57,128 nt of DNA from Candidatus Sericytochromatia bacterium. Its GTDB lineage: Bacteria > Cyanobacteriota > Sericytochromatia > S15B-MN24 > VGJW01. The position numbers were made by a program, and so were the translations under genes. The stretch covers positions 1-57,128 of the forward strand of contig JAYKHS010000012.1 of assembly GCA_035285865.1 (NCBI GenBank), written 5' to 3'. Positions 36,119 through 46,100 of this stretch are shown here, in pieces. Below the pieces are notes generated by a model. That model saw only the letters and a program-made list of their open reading frames with translations, did not search any database and was not told where the DNA came from. The stretch's first letter is position 1. The number at the start of each line of letters is the position of its first letter.

Positions 36119-36673
36119 ATGGAGGAACCGTCCCGCGTCCGGAGATCCCGGACCCAACGTGTGGCGACGACCCGCTCGCTCGAGGGTGGGGCGGGTATTC
36201 CGGTTCGGGATCGGCTGCGTGAGCTGATTGCCGCGATTCGGGAGCTGCTTTCCGGCTTGCCGCCCGAGCTCGCTGCCCTGATGGGACCGCTGTTGCAACT
36301 GGCCCAGGGGATGCTGCTGTCCGGTGCGAGCGAGGCCGAAATCCTCCAGATGATCGCCCGCCTCGAGCAGGTCGTGGCTTTGTTGGTGGCCCTCAAGGAC
36401 GCCTTGGGACGTGCCGGCCCCGATGGGCCGCGCCTGCTGGCACGGCTGCTCAGGACCCTGGCGCTGGCTGGCCCGGCCCGTGCCCAGGGTGAGATGGATC
36501 GCATCCTGCGGGCTTTGAGGGACTTGATGCCGCACGGCACCGAGGGGCTGGATCAGATTCTGGCCGAAAGCGGCCCGGAGGCACCGGCGGTGCATGGGCG
36601 GCCTGCCGATGGGGCCGATGCCGTTGCCGGACTCGAAGGGTGGCTGCTTCAGGCCTTTCCGCCCAAGCAATGA
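36119..36673 (+). CDS. Hypothetical helical protein
   Basis: Leu/Ala-rich ORF in the gap between the phosphatase and the convergent subtilase. Confidence 0.55.
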   Translation: MEEPSRVRRSRTQRVATTRSLEGGAGIPVRDRLRELIAAIRELLSGLPPELAALMGPLLQLAQGMLLSGASEAEILQMIARLEQVVALLVALKDALGRAGPDGPRLLARLLRTLALAGPARAQGEMDRILRALRDLMPHGTEGLDQILAESGPEAPAVHGRPADGADAVAGLEGWLLQAFPPKQ

Positions 36674-36709
36674 GCGGGCACCCTGTTGGATGCCCGCTCA
36701 GGGATGGTG

Positions 36710-38005
36710 CTACCGCTGGACGGCGCGCAGGGCGTTGACCCGGCCGTTGCCGAAGTACTCATTGGGCTGGTTGTTCTGGCTAGGCACCTTGTCCGCGGTG
36801 GCTTCGAGGCGGGCCTTGACCTGGGGCACGGCGAGACCGGGCTGGCTGGCACGAATCAGGGCCGTGACGCCGGCAGCGGCGGGGCAAGCCATCGAGGTGC
36901 CGTCCATGCTGGCGTAGTTCTTGGGGAAGCCCCAGTCGCTCATCGCAACCTTGTAGGTGGGCATCGTGGCGAAGATCTTCACGCCGGGGGCCGTCACGCT
37001 GATCCAGGAACCCCACTGGCTGAAGTCCGCGATCCGGTCGTTGTTGTCGGATGCACCGACGGCGATGACGCCGGGGCAGGCCGCGGGGTATGACTTTTCG
37101 TTGGTGCCGTCGTTGCCCATGGCCGCCACAAGCACTGCGCCCTTGCGGATGGCGTAATCCACTGCGTCGTTCATGACCTTGGACTCGCCGGGGCCGCCCA
37201 GCGACAGGCTGATGATGGTGGCACCGTGATCGGCGGCCCAGGTGATGCCCGAAGCAACGGTCTCGTCCGAACCCGACCCGTCGCCGCCGAGGACCTTGAC
37301 CGACATGATCTTCGCGTCAGGGGCGATGCCGGCGATGCCAATCTTGTTGTTGGCGAGGCCCGCCGCGATGCCGGCGCAGTGGGTGCCGTGCCCGAAGTCG
37401 TCCTTGTCGTTGGCGCTGTTGTCGACGGTGTTCCAGCCAGGGACCATGTGGGCCTTCAGGTCAGGGTGCCCGGTATCCACGCCGGTGTCGACGATGGCGA
37501 TCGTCTGGCCCTTGCCGGTGGTGAATCCCCAAGCCTCAGGGGCCTTCACCAGCTGGGGGGCGTACTGCTTGCCGAACAACGCGTCGTTGGGGATGGCCGC
37601 TGCAGTGAAGGAGGGCAGGCCGGCAGCCTCCAGGCCGGGAGCCACGCTCGGCTTCACCAGATTGCGCTGCAGGTTCGGCTGGACGGCGAGGACCGTGCGA
37701 TCCTGACGGAGCGCATTCACGACGGTGTTCACCTGGCTGGGGGCCACACCGACCATCGACCAGCCCAGCTGCGCCATACCGGCGCTGACGGCCATCGGAC
37801 GCAGGGCGACGCTGGTCACGTTGAGCTTGGCGCTGGCACCAGGAGCCCGCTTGACGAGCACCTGAGCCATGCCGCCCTTGGTGAAGAGACGGCCCTGGCT
37901 TGCACCGACGGACAGCGCCTGGGTGGCACCCGTCACCTGAGTGCCGCAGCCCACCACGGTGGCGGCCATCGAGGCGAGGAGCGAAGCAGTGGCGAAGCGG
38001 CGCAT
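36710..38005 (-). CDS. S8 subtilisin-like serine protease, lipoprotein
   Basis: Lipobox VVGC; catalytic DTG, HGTH, GTSMA. Confidence 0.95.
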   Translation of the reverse strand: MRRFATASLLASMAATVVGCGTQVTGATQALSVGASQGRLFTKGGMAQVLVKRAPGASAKLNVTSVALRPMAVSAGMAQLGWSMVGVAPSQVNTVVNALRQDRTVLAVQPNLQRNLVKPSVAPGLEAAGLPSFTAAAIPNDALFGKQYAPQLVKAPEAWGFTTGKGQTIAIVDTGVDTGHPDLKAHMVPGWNTVDNSANDKDDFGHGTHCAGIAAGLANNKIGIAGIAPDAKIMSVKVLGGDGSGSDETVASGITWAADHGATIISLSLGGPGESKVMNDAVDYAIRKGAVLVAAMGNDGTNEKSYPAACPGVIAVGASDNNDRIADFSQWGSWISVTAPGVKIFATMPTYKVAMSDWGFPKNYASMDGTSMACPAAAGVTALIRASQPGLAVPQVKARLEATADKVPSQNNQPNEYFGNGRVNALRAVQR

Positions 38006-38036
38006 CGTGGCGAATCTCCGGACGGGGCGAGTGCTG

Positions 38037-38126
38037 TCGTTAAGTCAGAGTTAACGATAGGGCAAGCCTAGCGCAAGATTGGGTTGTGTTCAAGCCCTGT
38101 AAAGGGCTGTTTAAGGAAGATTTAAC
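38037..38126 (-). promoter_or_regulatory. Two clusters of Pho-box-like 11-bp-period repeats upstream of the subtilase
   Basis: Minus strand GTTAAATC-ttc-CTTAAACA-gcc-CTTTACAG (38126-38097) and GTTAACTC-tga-CTTAACGA (38055-38037). Confidence 0.45.
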
Positions 38127-38191
38127 AATTGCCAGCCCGCCGCCGACAGGTGTTGACGGCAGGGGCCTGAGCTGACAGGCTGGGGGGGCGT

Positions 38192-38285
38192 GGAGGCGAC
38201 AGGGTCCTGGTGGGCCCGGCGGTCTTCAAAACCGTGTCAGGCCTGGAACACCGGGCCGGGTGGGTTCGATTCCCACACGCCTCCG
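38192..38285 (+). tRNA. selC: tRNA-Sec (anticodon TCA)
   Basis: GGAGGCG/CGCCTCC acceptor, 6-bp D stem GGGTCC-TGGT-GGGCCC, anticodon loop CTTCAAA, long variable arm GGCCTGG-AACA-CCGGGCC, T arm GTGGG-TTCGATT-CCCAC; CCA not encoded. Confidence 0.95.
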
Positions 38286-38288
38286 TCG

Positions 38289-38318
38289 TTGACAGCCAGA
38301 GATTCACCTTGGTACCAT
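38289..38318 (+). promoter_or_regulatory. Sigma70 promoter of tRNA-Asp
   Basis: TTGACA (38289-38294)-N18-TACCAT (38313-38318) with extended TG, 12 nt before the tRNA. Confidence 0.7.
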
Positions 38319-38330
38319 GGGAATCCTGCT

Positions 38331-38404
38331 GGGGTTGTAGTTCAGTTGGTTAGAATGCGGCCCTGTCAAGGCCGAGGTCGCGGGTTCGAGCCCCGTCAAC
38401 CCCG
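38331..38404 (+). tRNA. tRNA-Asp (GTC)
   Basis: GGGGTTG/CAACCCC acceptor, CGGCC-CTGTCAA-GGCCG anticodon arm, GGTTCGAG T loop; CCA not encoded. Confidence 0.97.
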
Positions 38405-38415
38405 CTCAGCAGTCC

Positions 38416-38451
38416 GCAAGGGCGGTTCACCGAAAGGTGGGCCGCCCTTGC
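38416..38451. terminator. Strong hairpin between the convergent tRNA and lipoprotein genes
   Basis: GCAAGGGCGGTTCACC-GAAA-GGTGGGCCGCCCTTGC. Confidence 0.75.
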
Positions 38452-38452
38452 C

Positions 38453-38920
38453 TCATGGCAACCGGATCGTCGTGGTCCATCCGGCAGCGCCTGCCGTCAC
38501 ATTGAGCGTCACGCTCGTGCCGGAGGGTGTCCGCTGGTCCGGAAAGCCGTAGAACAGCAGTCCGCCCGATGTCTCGTTGAACGCCTTCAGGGTGGTGGTC
38601 GTGCCGCTTGCGGTCCAGGTTGCCCGTGCACCTGACGCGGGCAAGGGCAACCCGGCGAGGGCCTTGTCGTAGAGGAAGACGTAGCGGACGAGCCGTCCTT
38701 GATTGGTGGCCTCGAGGACTTCAAGCCAGCCGAGTGGCGTGCTGGCGAGGATGCCCTGCCTCGGCCCCACGGCTGGTGCAGCAGTCCCGTTGTCCGGTGG
38801 CGGGGTGGCCGTCCCCCCGTCGACCCGCCGCGGCGGGTCCGGCGCGTCGGGCAACTCCGCGCCGGCGCAGGCCACGGCCATCAGGGCAGTCAGGAGGACC
38901 GGGGCAAGGGGTTTGGCCAT
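38453..38920 (-). CDS. Hypothetical lipoprotein
   Basis: MAKPLAPVLLTALMAVAC lipobox; TTCACA-N17-CATGAT promoter-like sequence just upstream. Confidence 0.65.
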   Translation of the reverse strand: MAKPLAPVLLTALMAVACAGAELPDAPDPPRRVDGGTATPPPDNGTAAPAVGPRQGILASTPLGWLEVLEATNQGRLVRYVFLYDKALAGLPLPASGARATWTASGTTTTLKAFNETSGGLLFYGFPDQRTPSGTSVTLNVTAGAAGWTTTIRLP

Positions 38921-38971
38921 GGCTGCATCATGCCCGCTCTTGAAGATCATGTGAAAGGACATGCTCGGTTC

Positions 38972-39152
38972 GGGACCATGGCCCGAGGATGCCCTCCGGG
39001 GGTGTTCACTTGCAGGTCAATCGAATGCGCTGTCCCAGTCGTCGACACTTCGGCCCCGTGGGGCGACCACCCCACACGGGCGGGCTCCCGGGGGGGCGAC
39101 GGACTGCCGTACGAACGGTGCCCGATCGGCAGTCGGATGTCGCGCCGGTCCC
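38972..39152 (+). ncRNA. Candidate structured RNA (loosely 6S-like); strand uncertain
   Basis: About 180-nt intergenic stretch closed by GGGACC/GGTCCC, with nested stems CCCTCCGGGGG/CTCCCGGGGGG, GTGGGG/CCCCAC and GACTGCCG/CGGCAGTC. Confidence 0.3.
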
Positions 39153-39161
39153 CACGCTGGC

Positions 39162-40337
39162 TCAGCGGCTGGGGTCGTGGCTCTCGTGGATGGGGTGGGG
39201 CCGGTGGGCCGTCGGGGCCGAGGCTTCGGCTGCGTCGGGAAGCGATGAATCCGGGTGTTCGGGGCGCGATTCCTCCACGCAGCCGGGCTCCAAGGTGGTT
39301 GCGTGCCAGAGCGACAGCCCCGCGAGCAGGGCGACCGCCGCTACGGACAGCGGCACGAACATCGCGGCAGGCAAGGCCGGCAGCCAGGGCAGACTCACGG
39401 CCAGCACCAACTGCGCCGCAATCGTCACCGGGTGGTCGGTGCCCAAGTTCGGCCGCGCCGCTCGGGCCAGCAAGCTACCGGTCAGCCAACCGCCAGCCCA
39501 AGTGGACCCGGAGGCCCCGGCCACCGCGAGCATGAGGCCCAGCGCAGCGAGCGTACCCGCCACCGGACGACGTCCCAGCCCGAGCCAGACTTGAGAGACG
39601 CCTGCGGCCATCGCTACCAGCAGGTGCGGTTTGCCCGGGTCGGGACCGACGGTCCAGAAACCTGTCAGTTCGGCAACGGGGCCTGCGAGCATCACGGCGA
39701 GGGCGAGATGGCCCGGATGATCCTCATCGCGGGTGTCTGGCCGGCACGCCATCAGCGCGCCAAGGCACCACATGGGTCCCCACGGGCCTGCGAGGGCCCA
39801 TGACCCGAGGACGAGCCAGCCTGTCAGGCCGGCGGGGAGGCGCAAGAGGACGGCGAGCCATCCTGCGGCAGCCGAGAGGGCCAGAAACAGGGGCTCGCGG
39901 ACGCCGTGGGTCTCCGGGCGGGCTCCGAGCAGCGTGGCAAGGGGCACGGCAAGCCCGAGGGCGACCAGGCGGCCGCTCCGACCTTCCTGCAGGCGTGCGA
40001 GGCTGCCTGCCGCCAGAAGCACGGCGAGGCCTGCCCAACCTCTCGGGCCAAGGCCCGAGTGCGTCGTCAACGCCAGGCAGGCAGCAGCAGCGAGGCCAAT
40101 CTGGCCGACGGCCGACTCCAGACCGCGGCCGCGCAGGGCGGCCGCGACGGCGATGACGGCCACGGCACCAGCCTGCCACGGTCCCTCGAGCACGCCACAT
40201 GCCATCGTTGCCGCGGCAGCGAGCCGACTTCCCGAGCGCCATGAAGCGGAGGCATGGCCCCAGATCGCGGCAACTTCGGAAGCGGCCAGGATCGCAAGGG
40301 CCAGCGCGGGCAGAAGCGCTTGTTCGAGGGGACTCAC
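39162..40337 (-). CDS. Hypothetical multi-pass membrane protein
   Basis: Very hydrophobic Ala/Leu/Gly/Trp-rich ORF; TATGAT 6 nt before the GTG start. Confidence 0.6.
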   Translation of the reverse strand: MSPLEQALLPALALAILAASEVAAIWGHASASWRSGSRLAAAATMACGVLEGPWQAGAVAVIAVAAALRGRGLESAVGQIGLAAAACLALTTHSGLGPRGWAGLAVLLAAGSLARLQEGRSGRLVALGLAVPLATLLGARPETHGVREPLFLALSAAAGWLAVLLRLPAGLTGWLVLGSWALAGPWGPMWCLGALMACRPDTRDEDHPGHLALAVMLAGPVAELTGFWTVGPDPGKPHLLVAMAAGVSQVWLGLGRRPVAGTLAALGLMLAVAGASGSTWAGGWLTGSLLARAARPNLGTDHPVTIAAQLVLAVSLPWLPALPAAMFVPLSVAAVALLAGLSLWHATTLEPGCVEESRPEHPDSSLPDAAEASAPTAHRPHPIHESHDPSR

Positions 40338-40385
40338 GGGCTCATCATACCGATCGGCAGGGGACTCGGGACAGGCTGGATGGCT

Positions 40386-41015
40386 TCACCACGTCAGGCT
40401 CAAGGCTGGCTGGACGTACCAAGGGGACGGCGCGTCGACGCTGCCGGAGATACCGACGGAGAGGCCGATGCGCGGCCCCGGGCCCAGTTGCCACGACAGT
40501 CCGGAACGCCCGCCCGCGAGCAGGCCCGGTGCATCGGCCTGCCGGCGTGCCCAGGTTTCATGCCGCCACTCGGCAACGCCGGCGATCGTGCGATGGCCCA
40601 GGACCACCTGCAGGTCCGGCCGCACGGCTCCGGTCGTGCCGCCGATCCCGGCGTCGAGGGCCCACGGCCCCAGTTGACCGCGCAGCGTGAGGGCCAGTCC
40701 CGGGCCGGACGCACCGGCTCTCTGTTCCACGGCTGCAAGCACGCCCAGCGCGGCATCCCCGACGCGTTTGTCCCAGCGCAGCCACGCCTGTCCCTGACCC
40801 TGCGAACCGTCGGCGCGTGCGCGCAGCGCCAGCCCCCCGAGCGTGTCCTCCGTGACGGCAAGGGCCGCGAGCACGCGCAGGCCGGTGGGGGGCGAGCCCG
40901 TATCCGCCAAGACGACATCGGCCGTCCCGAGGACCTCCACCAAGGACAGGGGGCGGTCGACGGTCGAGAGCCAAGGCGCCCCGGCAAAGCCGCCGGGGAC
41001 GGCGACGAAGGTCAC
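40386..41015 (-). CDS. Hypothetical protein (possibly beta-stranded, terminal W)
   Basis: Starts 5 nt after the acyl-CoA dehydrogenase stop; alternating hydrophobic pattern ending PALSLTW. Confidence 0.5.
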   Translation of the reverse strand: MTFVAVPGGFAGAPWLSTVDRPLSLVEVLGTADVVLADTGSPPTGLRVLAALAVTEDTLGGLALRARADGSQGQGQAWLRWDKRVGDAALGVLAAVEQRAGASGPGLALTLRGQLGPWALDAGIGGTTGAVRPDLQVVLGHRTIAGVAEWRHETWARRQADAPGLLAGGRSGLSWQLGPGPRIGLSVGISGSVDAPSPWYVQPALSLTW

Positions 41016-41019
41016 GTGC

Positions 41020-42165
41020 CTAGCGCGCGGTCAGTTCCGCCCGCGAGATGACCATGCGCTGGACCTCGCTCGTGCCTTCGTAGATCTCGGTAATCTTGGC
41101 GTCGCGCATCAGGCGCTCCACGGGGAACTCGCGAACATAGCCGTAGCCACCGTGCAACTGTACCGCCTGGGTGGTGACGCGCATGGCCGTCTCCGAGGCC
41201 AGCAGCTTGGCCATGGAGGCTGCCTGCGTGTGGTCCTCTCCTCGGTCCTTGAGCACGGCTGCACGGTACATCAGCAGGCGCGCCGCCTCGATGTCGGTCG
41301 CCATGTCGGCCAGCGTGAAGGCGATGGCCTGCTGCTCGGACAGCGGCTTGCCGAACTGGACCCGCTCCTGCGTGTAGCGGGTCGCGGCATCAAGTGCCGC
41401 CTGCGCGATGCCGATGGCCTGGGCCGCGATGCCGATGCGGCCACCATCCAGAGTCCACATCGCGATCTTGAAGCCCTCGCCTTCCTCGCCCAGCCGATTG
41501 GCCACGGGCACGCGGCAGTCCTGGAAGATGAGCTCGTAGGTCGCGGAACCCCGGATGCCCAGCTTGTCCTCCTTCTTGCCGAAGGTGAAGCCCGGCGTGC
41601 CCTTTTCGATGATGAGCGCCGTGATGCCCTTGTGCTTGAGCGCCGGATCCACCGTCACGTAGACGATGTACGTATCGGCGTGATAACCGTTCGTCACCCA
41701 CATCTTGGTGCCGTTGACGACATAGTGGTCGCCATCCCGACGGGCGGCGCACGTCAGGGAGGCGGCGTCCGTCCCGGAGTTGGCCTCGGAGAGGCTGTAG
41801 GCGCCGAGCTTCTCGCCACGATTCAGCGGTGCCAGGAACTGCTGCTTCTGCGCGTCGTTGCCGAAGCGGAAGAGCGGCAGGCCGGCGAGCGACGTCTGGA
41901 CCGAGAAGGTGACGCCGGTCGAGGCGCAGGCCCGGCTGATCTCCTCCATGACGATGACGTAGTCGAGCGTCGTGGCCCCTTGGCCGCCGACTTCCTCGGG
42001 GAAGGGCAGGCCCAGCAGGCCGGCGTCCCGGATGGCCTCGAACTGGCGACGCGGAAACTCCTGGTTGAGGTCCGCGTCCGCGGCGTAGGGGGCGATGTCT
42101 CGTTCCGCGACTTCGCGGGCCATCTCCCTGAGCATCAACTGGTCTTCGGTGAGCTGGAAGTTCAT
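41020..42165 (-). CDS. Acyl-CoA dehydrogenase (short/branched-chain)
   Basis: YSLSEANSGTD, NGTKMWVTNG, KLGIRGS, RVQFGK, QLHGGYGY, IYEGTSEVQR. Confidence 0.96.
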   Translation of the reverse strand: MNFQLTEDQLMLREMAREVAERDIAPYAADADLNQEFPRRQFEAIRDAGLLGLPFPEEVGGQGATTLDYVIVMEEISRACASTGVTFSVQTSLAGLPLFRFGNDAQKQQFLAPLNRGEKLGAYSLSEANSGTDAASLTCAARRDGDHYVVNGTKMWVTNGYHADTYIVYVTVDPALKHKGITALIIEKGTPGFTFGKKEDKLGIRGSATYELIFQDCRVPVANRLGEEGEGFKIAMWTLDGGRIGIAAQAIGIAQAALDAATRYTQERVQFGKPLSEQQAIAFTLADMATDIEAARLLMYRAAVLKDRGEDHTQAASMAKLLASETAMRVTTQAVQLHGGYGYVREFPVERLMRDAKITEIYEGTSEVQRMVISRAELTAR

Positions 42166-42223
42166 GCTTCATCCTAGCACGCGCCTTGCCGGCGACGGCT
42201 GGTGGAGGCGGTAACATGGAGGC

Positions 42224-43180
42224 ATGGCCGGCTTGGGCGTGACTGCGCTCGCGGACCGGGTGGTCGCCGGAGACCCCCGTGCCTGCGCGCGCCTGATCTC
42301 GTGGCTTGAAGATGGTCGTGCGGATGCGGCCGCTGCGCTTGCCGGGCTGCCAGCAGCCAAGGCGCTGCGCGTGGGTGTCACGGGGCCGCCCGGAGCGGGC
42401 AAGAGCACCCTCGTCGATGGTCTCATCCGGGTTCTGCGGGCGCGGGGCCACAAGGTCGGCGTGTTGGCCGTCGATCCCAGCAGTCCGTTCACGGGCGGGG
42501 CCATCCTGGGAGATCGGATCCGCATGCAAGGCCACGCCGGAGATCCGGGCGTGTTCATCCGCAGCATGGGGACGCGCGGGCAGCTCGGCGGCCTGAGCGA
42601 GGCAACGGATGCCGCTTGCCGTGTCCTCGCCGCGGCCGGACACGACGTGGTGCTCGTGGAGACAGTCGGCGTGGGGCAATCCGAGATTGCCGTCCGCGGT
42701 GTGGCGGACCTCGTGTTGCTGGTCCTGCACCCTGAGGCCGGTGATGGCATCCAGGCACTGAAGGCGGGCATCCTCGAGGTGCCGGACCTCTTCGTGGTGA
42801 ACAAGGCGGATCTTCCCGGTGCCCGAGCGACCCGTCAGGCGATCCTCGCGATGCTCGACGAGATGGCCGATCTGGCCGGCCCGGATCGAGGCCTTCCGGC
42901 GGCTGACAAGGTCCTGCTGGTCCAGGCCGCCGAGCCTGACGGCCCCCTGGGCCTCGGGACTCTGGCCGACCTTCTGCTGGGCGCAAGGGAAGGCCAATGG
43001 CAACCGAGGGGGCGCGACGTCAAGTCCTTGGTTCGGGCCATGGTGCTGCGTCGTCTGCAAGAGCACATGGACCGCGTGCCCGCGCCCGAGGATCTCGAGG
43101 CGCCCGAGCAGGCTGCAGGACGCTGGCTCGACGCCATCCTGCGTCACATCCTTGAGACGGGAGAATCCCATGGCGATTGA
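42224..43180 (+). CDS. meaB: MeaB/ArgK GTPase chaperone for B12-dependent mutases
   Basis: [44 protein letters not shown]. Confidence 0.93.
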   Translation: MAGLGVTALADRVVAGDPRACARLISWLEDGRADAAAALAGLPAAKALRVGVTGPPGAGKSTLVDGLIRVLRARGHKVGVLAVDPSSPFTGGAILGDRIRMQGHAGDPGVFIRSMGTRGQLGGLSEATDAACRVLAAAGHDVVLVETVGVGQSEIAVRGVADLVLLVLHPEAGDGIQALKAGILEVPDLFVVNKADLPGARATRQAILAMLDEMADLAGPDRGLPAADKVLLVQAAEPDGPLGLGTLADLLLGAREGQWQPRGRDVKSLVRAMVLRRLQEHMDRVPAPEDLEAPEQAAGRWLDAILRHILETGESHGD

Positions 43181-46100
43181 ACACGCGCGGCAGCCCGGCA
43201 AGCCTGCGGCCCTGCAGGCACCGATGCGATTCGTCACGGCTGCCTCCCTCTTCGACGGACATGACGCCTCGATCAACATCATGCGGCGCATTCTTCAGGC
43301 CTCGGGTGCCGAGGTCATCCATCTCGGCCACAACCGCAGCGTGGACGAGATCGTCCGGACTGCCGTGGCCGAGGATGCCGACGCCGTGGCGGTGTCCAGC
43401 TACCAGGGCGGCCACATGGAGTATTTCGCCTACCTGGTGGAGCGCCTTCGGGCCGAAGGCGCCGGCCACGTGCAGGTCTTCGGCGGGGGCGGAGGCGTCA
43501 TCGTGCCGGACGAGATCAGGGCCCTGCACGCGGCCGGTGTCCGCCGGATATTCAGTCCGGATGACGGTCGTGCCCTTGGCCTCCAGGGGATGATCGATCA
43601 CATGCTCGAGGCTGCGGGAGAGGCGGGGCCGCGGCCCTGTCGTCCCGAGGCGCTGGCTGCGGGGGAGCCCCTCGAACTGGCCCGTGCCCTCTCGGTCATC
43701 GAGCGGGGTGAGGACCTCACCTTGCCGCGATCGGACAAACCTTGCGTCGTCGTCGGCTTCACGGGTACCGGCGGTGCCGGCAAGAGCAGCCTTGTCGACG
43801 AGGTAATCCGGAGGTGGCTCGAGACGCAGCCCGGACACCGTGTCGCCATCCTTTCCGTCGATCCCAGCCAGCGCCGCAGCGGCGGGGCACTGCTCGGGGA
43901 TCGCATCCGCATGAACGCCATCCATGACCCCCGGGTGTACATGCGCTCCCTGGCGACTCGTGAGGCGCATGTTGCGGTTTCCGCCGCCCTGCCGCGGGCA
44001 ATCGATCTGCTCCGCGGGGCCGGATTCGACCTGGTCATCGTCGAGACGGCCGGCATCGGGCAGGCGGACAGCCGCATCACCGACCTCGTCGACGTGCCTG
44101 TCTATGTCATGACCAGCGAGTTCGGGGCACCCTCCCAGCTCGAGAAGATCGACATGCTGGCACTGGCCCGCATCGTGGTCCTGAACAAGTGCGACAAGCG
44201 CGGTTCGGAGGACGCCCTGCGTGACGTGCGCAAGCAGGTGCAGCGGCATCGGGGAGCCTTTGACGTGCCGGTCGAGCGGATGCCGGTGTACGGAACCATG
44301 GCCTCCTGGTTCGATGACGAGGGCACGTGGGTGTTCTTCGAGGCGCTTGTCACGGCTGTCCGGGAGGCGGGACTCGAGACCATGCCCGTGCCTCCTCGCG
44401 AGGCCGCCGGCACGGCGCGTGGCCTGCTTCCCGCATCGCGGGTGCGCTATCTCGCCGAGATCGCCGAGACCATCGAGCGGGATGCGCAACGTCACGCGGC
44501 CGACGTCGAGGCCGCCCGTCAGGCCTATGCTGCGTGGACGATGCTGGGGAACACAGGGGTGGCGCGTCCGCCCATGGCCGTGCGCGTCTCGACCGTGCCC
44601 GAGGATCCCCGGCTGGCCGGCCTTGTCGATCACTACCACGAGGCTCTGGACAGGCTGTCCCCCGAGGCGCTGTCCCTGCTGGTCACGTGGCCGGAGACCC
44701 GCTCTGCCTATGCAGCCCCCGAGTTCTCCTACACGGTGCGCGACAAGGTGCTCACGGTTCCCAACCGCACGGAGACGCTATCCGGTCTCTCCCTGCCCAG
44801 GGTCATCGTTCCGCAGTACAGTGACTGGGGTGATGTGTTGACTTGGCAGCATAGAGAGAACGTGCCAGGTAGATATCCTTACACGGCAGGAGTGTTTCCA
44901 TTCAAGCGGGAGGGGGAAGACCCGACCCGCATGTTCGCGGGTGAGGGAACACCCGAGCGAACCAACAAGCGTTTCCATTACCTCTCGTCGGGCCAACCGG
45001 CGACTCGCCTGTCGACGGCATTCGACAGCGTGACGCTGTACGGCGAGGACCCGGCAATGCGCCCGGATATCCACGGCAAGATCGGCAACTCGGGCGTCTC
45101 GATCTGCACGGTCGACGACATGCGCAAGCTCTATGCGGGCTTCGATCTTTGCGAGCCGTCGACGAGCGTCTCCATGACCATCAACGGACCGGCACCGATG
45201 ATCCTGGCGATGTTCCTGGCGGCCGCCGTGTCCCAGCAGGTCGAGCGCCATCTGCTGGAAACGATCGGAGCCGAGGCCGTGGAGGCTCGGATGCAGGCCT
45301 TGTTCGCCGACAAGGAACGCCCTCGTTACGTACTCGACGGTCAGGTGCGGACGGACCTGCTGGGGCTCGCCACGCTGGGGGCAGACCCTCGCGAACTGGT
45401 CGAGCCGGACGTCTTCGCCCGCATTCGCGCGGCGACCCTGCGCGCCGTCCGCGGCACGGTTCAGGCCGACATTCTCAAGGAAGACCAGGCGCAGAACACC
45501 TGCATCTTCAGCACCGAGTTTGCCCTGCGCATGATGGGGGACATCCAGCAGGTCTTCATCTCGAGGGACGTCCGGAACTTCTACAGCGTCTCGATCTCCG
45601 GGTATCACATTGCCGAGGCCGGTGCCAACCCGATCACGCAGCTGGCCTTCACGCTGGCGAATGGCTTCACGTACGTCGAGGCCTATCTTGCACGCGGCAT
45701 GGCGATCGATGACTTCGCCCCCAACCTGAGCTTCTTTTTCTCGAACGGACTGGATCCCGAGTACGCCGTCATCGGACGGGTCGCGCGCCGCATCTGGGCG
45801 CGGGCCATGAAGCTGCGGTACGGGGCCTCCCCGCGCGCGCAGATGCTCAAGTACCACATCCAGACCTCGGGCCGCAGCCTTCACGCACAGGAAATCGACT
45901 TCAACGACATCCGCACCACCTTTCAGGCTGTCTACGCCATTCTGGACAACTGCAACTCGCTCCATACCAACGCCTACGACGAGGCCATCACGACGCCGAC
46001 CGAGGCCTCGGTGCGCCGGGCCATGGCCATTCAGCTGATCATCAACCGGGAGCTGGGGCTGGCGAAGAACCAGAACCCCTGGCAGGGGTCGGCCTACATC

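Noticed and set aside
41020..43170. Cobalamin riboswitch near the B12-dependent mutase cluster
   Set aside because: Intergenic gaps are too short (58 bp or overlapping) and lack B12-box motifs.
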